A DNA stretch of 32,000 nucleotides from NCBI GenBank assembly GCA_027460535.1, contig JAPZAR010000007.1:30001-62000 (forward strand), read 5' to 3'. How positions within the stretch are numbered: the first letter of the stretch is position 1; each line of letters opens with the position of its first letter. This DNA is from Candidatus Methanoperedens sp. Lineage in GTDB: Archaea > Halobacteriota > Methanosarcinia > Methanosarcinales > Methanoperedenaceae. Below the pieces are notes generated by a model. It ran no database searches. It was not told the DNA's origin and was given only the letters and a program-made list of their open reading frames with translations. Below, piece by piece: positions 28,001-32,000 of this stretch. The translations under genes were made by a program, and so were the position numbers.

Positions 28001-28522
28001 CTGCCCCTGTGAAACAAGGGCTGAGTAATTCTCCAATATATAATATTCATGATCAGGCTCTATGAAAGCCACGTCATCCCATTGTGAGATTTCCTCGATA
28101 ACTTCAGGCGTCAATTCTGCAGCCATGGCATTCGCTATCCAGAGCTGTTTTATTTTATCTGCATTCCCCCCCTTTTTTTCTTGTTCCAATGCGAAGGCAA
28201 GTTTTTGCTGGCTGCCTGATGCATGGCTCTTTAGCGAAGAGACCATATTCTCTTTAGAAAGGGAATTAAATGAAGTGTTATCCTTCAGAATTATTATCAC
28301 GGGAACATGCTCCCCTGAAGACATCCTGATTTTGATTTCAGGAGATATTTTATCGGGGGAAGCTATGGAATTTGCCACAAGCATGCTGAACACGACTGTG
28401 ACAAGCAGAACCCCTGTCGCGAATCTCAAAAATCCTTTCACCTTTTTCGACTGCGTTAAACCGGCCTTTGGCTTAATTGTATGTATATTATAAAAGCTCA
28501 TGCTACCAGAATTATTTTTCAT
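25070..28522 (-). CDS. Secreted S8 (subtilisin-like) serine protease with three Ig-like repeats, two beta-sandwich (PGF-pre-PGF-like) domains, a poly-Gly linker and a PGF-CTERM anchor signal
   Basis: The catalytic triad contexts are VSVIDTGV (D206), HGTHVAGT (H239) and GTSMATPHV (S404), with an oxyanion Asn in AAAGND. There is a signal/TM at aa 30-55 and a propeptide-like region at aa 60-160. Three ~100-aa repeats end in DNTPP. The C-terminus is GIPGFDIILAIASTFSALLSRRK. Confidence 0.9.
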   Translation of the reverse strand: MKNNSGSMSFYNIHTIKPKAGLTQSKKVKGFLRFATGVLLVTVVFSMLVANSIASPDKISPEIKIRMSSGEHVPVIIILKDNTSFNSLSKENMVSSLKSHASGSQQKLAFALEQEKKGGNADKIKQLWIANAMAAELTPEVIEEISQWDDVAFIEPDHEYYILENYSALVSQGQIDNATPNITRINATKVWGLGIDGSGINVSVIDTGVYASHPDIAGRVLKWVDYVNGGVSPYDDNGHGTHVAGTVGGNGSAGTTTGVAPNVSILAAKVCDSAGGCNVSYIINAIQWSVDNGANIISLSLGGDRDPVITTAVNNAISSGVVVVAAAGNDGPSADTINFPAGEKNVIAVGAVDGSDVIAYFSSRGPITVDGEVLTKPDVSAPGVSINSLRLNSSGYTNAYSGTSMATPHVSGTAALILQTARRVGSTLSPAQVKSILENTSVDVGSPGKDNDYGAGRIDAYAAVTSPPIVTANPTGYQGGLGAARNGTVITLNGTIRDMGFGIRNASVNAFPLNSSIATVFLANVLGFWINSSVIINTSDSFYLLNITAYDNVSNVNNSVQLSVIVDNTPPQVHINPASYQRGNAANNGSIIKCNVSASDNLAGLRNGSVNASIINNTGIIELTNLSGFWKSNVTFDKFVPDGNYSLNVTFFDNAGNINNSVQINVSIDNTPPSVTDVIVSSQFINVSSFTNISANITSLDTVSPVNQSEVFARVTYPNGSSINYGMNVGGGSLFYYNFTDTAQYGRFNVTILANDTTGNTNSTQRIQFATAFITNNVSVVAQANNSTVVSAPLSNTTLRLFTNNTSDGAINISQSRVNITSEELNITNPGIYVYINASDSIKSNLSYVVISVNYTDTEISSFVESSLRLYRWNITSSSWDKLSGAGSYPYVNDAGVDTVNNFVWANLTTLSEFAIAGEIFVPPQQKSSGGGGGGGGGGGGGPSGEDFKNIVVKENYDLFIFKDMVTPYAFTNGSNPIMFLNITGNISAGEINAAVEVLRNTSTLVRNPASGLVYKNINIWVGTYMFAVPKNIKEAIIRFRVENSWISENADTYIRLMRWDGSKWDQLETAEITKDNMYTYYEAKTNAFSPFAITGLKGEAVSSITPAKPVISATSTAPSAALPIDKGIPGFDIILAIASTFSALLSRRK
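25697..25735 (-). repeat. Run of 13 consecutive Gly codons (GGN) inside the protease gene
   Basis: The minus strand reads GGC GGC GGT GGC GGT GGG GGA GGT GGC GGT GGA GGG GGC. This encodes SSGGGGGGGGGGGGGPSGE at residues 928-946, between two beta-sandwich domains. Confidence 0.95.
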
Positions 28523-28758
28523 CGCAGATCTTTTTATATAATTACAGGGTTATACCTTTTTCCATGATGAAATAATTGTAATAGGTCATTCCAGACGCCA
28601 TCTTTAGTAAGCTTTATTAATGAGTTTGTTTATATCAGCTTTTTAGTGAAAGCCTTGATAGGGGAAATAAATTTTAGAAAGACCAAATTAAATTTGTTTT
28701 GTCTTATAGAAAATTTTAAATACTAATATGTCTAAAAATCTTTTTTGGAGGATGAATC

Positions 28759-28905
28759 TTGAAGTATTGTGTTGATTGCAGATACTTCTCAACAAAAGTA
28801 AAAGGAAGCAACCGAGAACAATACGATGGTTCGTGCACCCTGGCTAAGAAAAATGTGTACGAAACCAATCGAATGTGCAAAGAATTCAAAGAAGAACGCT
28901 TATAG
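28759..28905 (+). CDS. Small (48 aa) four-Cys protein, absent from the ORF track
   Basis: Hand translation from TTG 28759: (M)KYCVDCRYFSTKVKGSNREQYDGSCTLAKKNVYETNRMCKEFKEERL, stop TAG 28903-28905. GGAGG at 28747-28751 lies 7 nt upstream. It ends 6 nt before the permease start. Confidence 0.4.
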   Translation: MKYCVDCRYFSTKVKGSNREQYDGSCTLAKKNVYETNRMCKEFKEERL

Positions 28906-28911
28906 GCACAA

Positions 28912-30201
28912 TTGATTCAGATCCTGGCAATTGCTGTTTTTTTCTTAACCTACGCACTTATAGTTGTAAAGCCTAAAAGAATCAATGAAGCTCAGGCGGC
29001 TTTAATCGGAGCGGTACTAACCATTATTCTTTTGCTCAAGCCGCAGCATGTACTTGAGGCATTGGGCATTTCGACCCCCGAGATGCCGCAGCCTCTTGTG
29101 ACAACGTGGAACGTGGTAATAATACTTGCAACGCTAATGGTTATTTCTACGCTCCTTGATGATTATGGCTTCTTCGAGTACTGCGCATCACGCGCGATAC
29201 ATGCGTCAAAAAACAGCGGTAAGCGGCTTTTTTTATATACTTTTGTTGTGGTTTCCATAATATCGCTTTTTGCGGGCAATGATGTGGTGATCCTGACCAC
29301 AACTCCCATAATCCTGATCTTCTGTACGAAAGCAGGAATTAACCCGAAGCCCTTTATGTATGTCTCCTTTTTTGCAGCAAATACGTTTTCGATGCCTCTG
29401 TACATCGGGAACCTCACCAATATTCTTATAGGGGATAGTTTCAGGCTGGATTATTTCGGCTTCACGAAATACATGCTAATTCCGACTCTTGCTGCTGCAC
29501 TTGTGAACTATTATCTGATTATGTACATATTCAGGAAGCAGATACCGGAGCACTTCAAATCACAGGATAACGGCAGAACTGCAATAAAGAACGGATTCCT
29601 GGTAGCTCTCGGTCTTGCAGTGCTGTTTGCGGTCATTGTGCTTGGAGGCGTCGCAAATTATTACAAACTGCCTCTCTCGGTCGTGACCCTTGGAGGCGCT
29701 TTGATCCTTCTCATATTCGAGCGCCGCCCTTCATATAGGCTTAAAAGGGTTTCCTGGAATGTGGTATTGTTCGTTATCGGGCTCTTTATAGTGGTAAAGG
29801 GCCTTGAGGTGAGCGGTGTCGCAGATTATGCAGGTGAGGTTCTGTTCGCAAATATGAGCGGAAACATATTGGCAGCAACTTTCTCTCTTTCATTGATATC
29901 GGCCTTTGTATGCAATCTCATCAATAATATTCCCATGACCGCAATGATGCTCTCGATAGTCCAGCACGCAGGTCTTACTTCCCAGATGAACACGGCGATG
30001 GCGTATTCACTCGTAATAGGCTCAAATCTAGGCGCCAATTTTACAACCTTCGGGGCGCTTGCCGGGATACTCTGGCTTGAGAGCGCGCGTCGCTATGGCT
30101 GGAGCACGAAAATGACTGATCTATTAAAGATAGGCCTTTTCGTGACCCCAATAGCGATACTTGGATCGAGCATAGTGCTGGCGATTGAATTAATGCTTTG
30201 A
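28912..30201 (+). CDS. ArsB/NhaD-superfamily anion permease (arsenical pump / citrate-transporter-like)
   Basis: A 429-aa polytopic membrane protein. The N-terminus IQILAIAVFFLTYALIVVKPKRINEAQAALIGAVL and the internal repeat architecture are typical of ArsB/NhaD permeases. The start is TTG. Confidence 0.65.
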   Translation: MIQILAIAVFFLTYALIVVKPKRINEAQAALIGAVLTIILLLKPQHVLEALGISTPEMPQPLVTTWNVVIILATLMVISTLLDDYGFFEYCASRAIHASKNSGKRLFLYTFVVVSIISLFAGNDVVILTTTPIILIFCTKAGINPKPFMYVSFFAANTFSMPLYIGNLTNILIGDSFRLDYFGFTKYMLIPTLAAALVNYYLIMYIFRKQIPEHFKSQDNGRTAIKNGFLVALGLAVLFAVIVLGGVANYYKLPLSVVTLGGALILLIFERRPSYRLKRVSWNVVLFVIGLFIVVKGLEVSGVADYAGEVLFANMSGNILAATFSLSLISAFVCNLINNIPMTAMMLSIVQHAGLTSQMNTAMAYSLVIGSNLGANFTTFGALAGILWLESARRYGWSTKMTDLLKIGLFVTPIAILGSSIVLAIELML

Positions 30202-30253
30202 CCATAAACGATATATCGATTAATAAATAATCTAAGTCCAATTGTCAATAATT

Positions 30254-30312
30254 TGTGCGGCTGAACGGCCAGAGTCGCGCCTCGAAACCCTGCGGGTTCT
30301 CGACTCCGCACA
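30254..30312 (+). pseudogene. GC-rich structured element with collinear similarity to the downstream tRNA-Gly (decayed tRNA copy, hypothesis)
   Basis: It shares, in the same order as the tRNA, GCGGCTG (30257-30263), GGCCAG versus GGTCCAG, GCCTC (30279-30283), GGGTTC (30294-30299) and CCGCA (30306-30310). The ends pair as TGTGCGG/CCGCACA. It lacks an anticodon arm. Confidence 0.3.
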
Positions 30313-30335
30313 CACGTATGGCTGCGCCATACGTG
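30313..30335 (+). other. Perfect 9-bp hairpin
   Basis: CACGTATGG (30313-30321), loop CTGCG, CCATACGTG (30327-30335). Confidence 0.7.
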
Positions 30336-30384
30336 GATATATCTCCGGCTCGATTGGACAATGAACATTGAAAAAATACGATAT

Positions 30385-30498
30385 GCGGCTGTGGTCCAGC
30401 GGCTATGACAGGGGCTTCCCAACAGCCTTTTGCAGGCAAAAGCTTGATCAAAAGGAGGGAAATAGCCTCTAACCCGGGTTCGAATCCCGGCAGCCGCA
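30385..30498 (+). tRNA. tRNA-Gly(CCC) with a 42-nt intron at the canonical 37/38 position
   Basis: Hand-folded cloverleaf. The acceptor GCGGCTG/CAGCCGC pairs 7/7. The D arm is GTCC...TGAC (3 bp plus C.U). The anticodon stem is GGGGC/GCCTC with one G.U. The loop is TTCCCA|A once the intron (30422-30463) is removed. The T arm is CCGGG-TTCGAAT-CCCGG. The discriminator is A and no CCA is encoded. Confidence 0.8.
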
Positions 30499-30531
30499 CT
30501 TAATATTCGGGGATACATACACAACATACGT

Positions 30532-30554
30532 AATGTCACCTCAAAATGTCACCT
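30532..30554 (+). repeat. Tandem direct repeat AATGTCACCT x2 (13-nt period), 34 nt after the tRNA 3' end
   Basis: Perfect 10-mers at 30532-30541 and 30545-30554. Confidence 0.8.
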
Positions 30555-30602
30555 ATTCCGTAACGGGAATTTTTTAAGATAACCTTTGTGTTATAAAACC
30601 CA

Positions 30603-31029
30603 AATTTGACAGTTCTAATTATTACTGAATGATTTTACAATTTTTATTATCAACGATAAAACGTGGTTTTGAATTTTTCACCATTTTTTCAAGCATAAAT
30701 TTGACAGTTCTATTTCTGTTTGTTGAATGCGATTTCTTTGATTTTTCACTTGTTTTTAGATCAACAATTTGACAGTTCCTTTATCTTTGATAGAATTTGG
30801 TTTTGATGATTTTTGACTTTTTTTATTGACCTGTTATTTGACAGGTGAGACAAGTATATCTAAACAGAAAATTACCAAAAAATACAACATGGAATTTGAC
30901 AGTTGCTGTAGATTTTCGAAAAAAATAAACAAGAATGGTATATTTTTGTTATTTTCACTCAAATAATAAGGAAAATTTGTTGTTAAAAGAGAATATTCTC
31001 TTTTAAGAAGACTGCCATCTGTCAAACTT
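30603..31029. repeat. Array of AATTTGACAGTTC motifs (5 direct, 1 inverted) in very AT-rich DNA; iteron-like
   Basis: Direct copies sit at 30603-30616, 30698-30711, 30766-30779, 30835-30847 (TATTTGACAGGTG) and 30893-30906. An inverted copy, TCTGTCAAACTT, sits at 31018-31029. Copies 2-4 lie in longer ~45-nt degenerate units (GGTTTTGA-ATTTTTCAC-N-TTTTT-N-AATTTGACAGTTC) spaced 68-69 nt apart. Confidence 0.75.
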
Positions 31030-31208
31030 AGGATAAAAGCATCATATATGGTGGATACTCTCGGCAAGCTCCTGTCTTGGCTCATATACAATAATTGGTA
31101 GATGGATTTTTTTATGAGAGTAGTATAAAATCCAAAAAATTACTTGATTATCAGAAATTATTAGATATAAAAACATTTATGCATTGTTAAATTAACGGAA
31201 TAGTAAAC

Positions 31209-32000
31209 ATGCCAAGGAAATTATCTGACTTTCGTTTAGCATCGCAAGAAGAAATAGAAAGTGTGGGTTATGGTGGCGCAGGAATATTTACAGGGGCCCC
31301 TGGTGGATTCCACAGAACAATTATTTATAAATTAATGAACGAAACTTTTGGTCCGCCAAATACTTATGCAGGAGACAAATCTACTTGGGAATGGATTATT
31401 TATACTAACGCTGGTCTTTTGACAATATATGATTATAAGGGAGATTGGTCAATCGGATATGCTAGTACAAATCTAAAGCTATCTATTGAATTATTAAATG
31501 AAGCATCTGCATTACAGGATGCTCTGCTAATAGAGGCAGATAAAATTCATTTTTCAAAAATGCAAATTCAGAAACTAAAGGTTGGAGGAGCTATCTTAAA
31601 TCCTTATTCTTTGTATCGTAATACAACAGAGGATTTGATAAGACAGACTAGCGAGATAATTAAAGAGATAGAGAGTTTACAAAAAGAAAGAGATATTAAT
31701 AAAACTCTTGACTCTTTTGCTAAATCTCAATTTGTGTCATCCTTAAATAGGTCAGCATTTATGACTACATTTTTGAGTTTAGAAGGCTTTATAAACCTTG
31801 TATATACACTGTTCCTAAAAAATAGATATCGGAATGATATATACGACAAACGGCTTAGAAATGAAATGCTTCCGATAAAAATTTTAGAAATGGATGTATA
31901 TTGCCATTCATTCAAAAGCTCTCCACTAGAAAAAAATGGTGAATTATTTGGTGCGATTCAACATTTTATAAATACAAGAAATCTAATATTACATGCAAAT
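31209..32000 (+). CDS. Hypothetical protein with a C-terminal HEPN-like R-N-x3-H motif, 3' truncated by the window edge (not in the ORF track)
   Basis: I translated 264 codons by hand without a stop, from ATG 31209 to nt 32000, in AT-rich DNA. An in-frame TAA at 31188-31190 bounds it upstream. It begins MPRKLSDFRLASQEEIESVGYGGAGIFTGAPGGFHRTIIY. It ends ...SAFMTTFLSLEGFINLVYTLFLKNRY...GELFGAIQHFINTRNLILHAN. Confidence 0.7.
   Translation, partial: MPRKLSDFRLASQEEIESVGYGGAGIFTGAPGGFHRTIIYKLMNETFGPPNTYAGDKSTWEWIIYTNAGLLTIYDYKGDWSIGYASTNLKLSIELLNEASALQDALLIEADKIHFSKMQIQKLKVGGAILNPYSLYRNTTEDLIRQTSEIIKEIESLQKERDINKTLDSFAKSQFVSSLNRSAFMTTFLSLEGFINLVYTLFLKNRYRNDIYDKRLRNEMLPIKILEMDVYCHSFKSSPLEKNGELFGAIQHFINTRNLILHAN

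Noticed and set aside
30254-30315. H/ACA guide sRNA (terminal stem GTGCGG/CCGCAC followed directly by ACA)
   Set aside because: The internal loop is highly asymmetric (about 20 nt versus 2 nt). I could find no proper pseudouridylation pocket or K-turn, and ACA also occurs there simply as part of a CACACA run.
30422-30463. Box C/D sRNA inside the tRNA intron, as in archaeal tRNA-Trp introns
   Set aside because: No RTGATGA (C box) or properly placed CTGA (D box) is present, and 42 nt is too short.
30093-30539. Minus-strand track ORFs of 148 aa (30093-30539) and 84 aa (30245-30499)
   Set aside because: They run antisense through the tRNA-Gly gene, its intron and the GC-rich tRNA-like element. 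The open frames are explained by GC-rich structured RNA sequence. They have no ribosome-binding site and no protein-like motifs.
30603-30906. Possible degenerate CRISPR array, suggested by the ~68-nt period
   Set aside because: The repeat units are degenerate (about 70% identity by eye) and extremely AT-rich. Spacing is irregular (95, 68, 69, 58 nt), an inverted copy is present, and no cas genes are in the window. This is inconsistent with a CRISPR repeat-spacer structure.
30603-31029. Chromosomal oriC with ORB boxes
   Set aside because: The motif does not resemble the archaeal ORB/mini-ORB consensus I know (GTTCCAGTGGAAAC-like), and no orc1/cdc6 gene is adjacent in the window. It is kept only as an iteron-like possibility for a mobile element.
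30834-31091. 85-aa minus-strand track ORF within the repeat region
   Set aside because: It overlaps three copies of the TTTGACAG motif, starts at TTG and has no SD or recognisable motif. It cannot be excluded as a real small gene in AT-rich DNA, but the support is insufficient to call it.

Overview
Archaeal chromosomal window. HdrA-MvhD, a PGF-CTERM sorting signal, a bulge-helix-bulge type tRNA intron and a NOG1-type GTPase suggest a methanogen/ANME-like, Methanosarcinales-type euryarchaeon (inference only). Most of the window is short operons of housekeeping and accessory genes: a 5'-truncated ABC-2 permease plus ABC ATPase; a Smr-domain protein; a NOG1-like GTPase; an HdrA-MvhD fusion coupled to an 8-cluster polyferredoxin; an MntA/HepT toxin-antitoxin pair; a DUF4139-like surface protein followed by four tiny hydrophobic ORFs; a SAM methyltransferase preceded by an untracked 51-aa zinc-ribbon ORF; an orphan Tat-lipoprotein family-5 solute-binding protein; an HhH glycosylase-like protein; a V4R protein; PdxT; an AcnB-type aconitase; a DacZ-like DAC-domain protein coupled to a lipoprotein gene; a GltB-domain-2-like FMN protein; a 1150-aa S8 protease with PGF-CTERM; and an ArsB/NhaD permease. 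The right end is the most unusual part. A decayed tRNA-like element and an intron-containing tRNA-Gly(CCC) (30385-30498) are followed by a drop in G+C (12 of 60 nt in the one line counted). Next comes an array of 5 direct plus 1 inverted copies of AATTTGACAGTTC. Then a 264-codon ORF runs from 31209 to the window end; it is absent from the supplied track because it has no stop in the window, and it ends in an R-N-x3-H HEPN-like motif. I read this as a candidate tRNA-flanked integrated element carrying an undescribed HEPN-type, defence-like gene. Three further sub-60-aa ORFs with good ribosome-binding sites were found by hand (4400-4564, 13217-13372, 28759-28905). I saw no rRNA, no CRISPR array and no recognisable integrase or transposase. 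All domain calls come from motif recognition by eye, not database searches.
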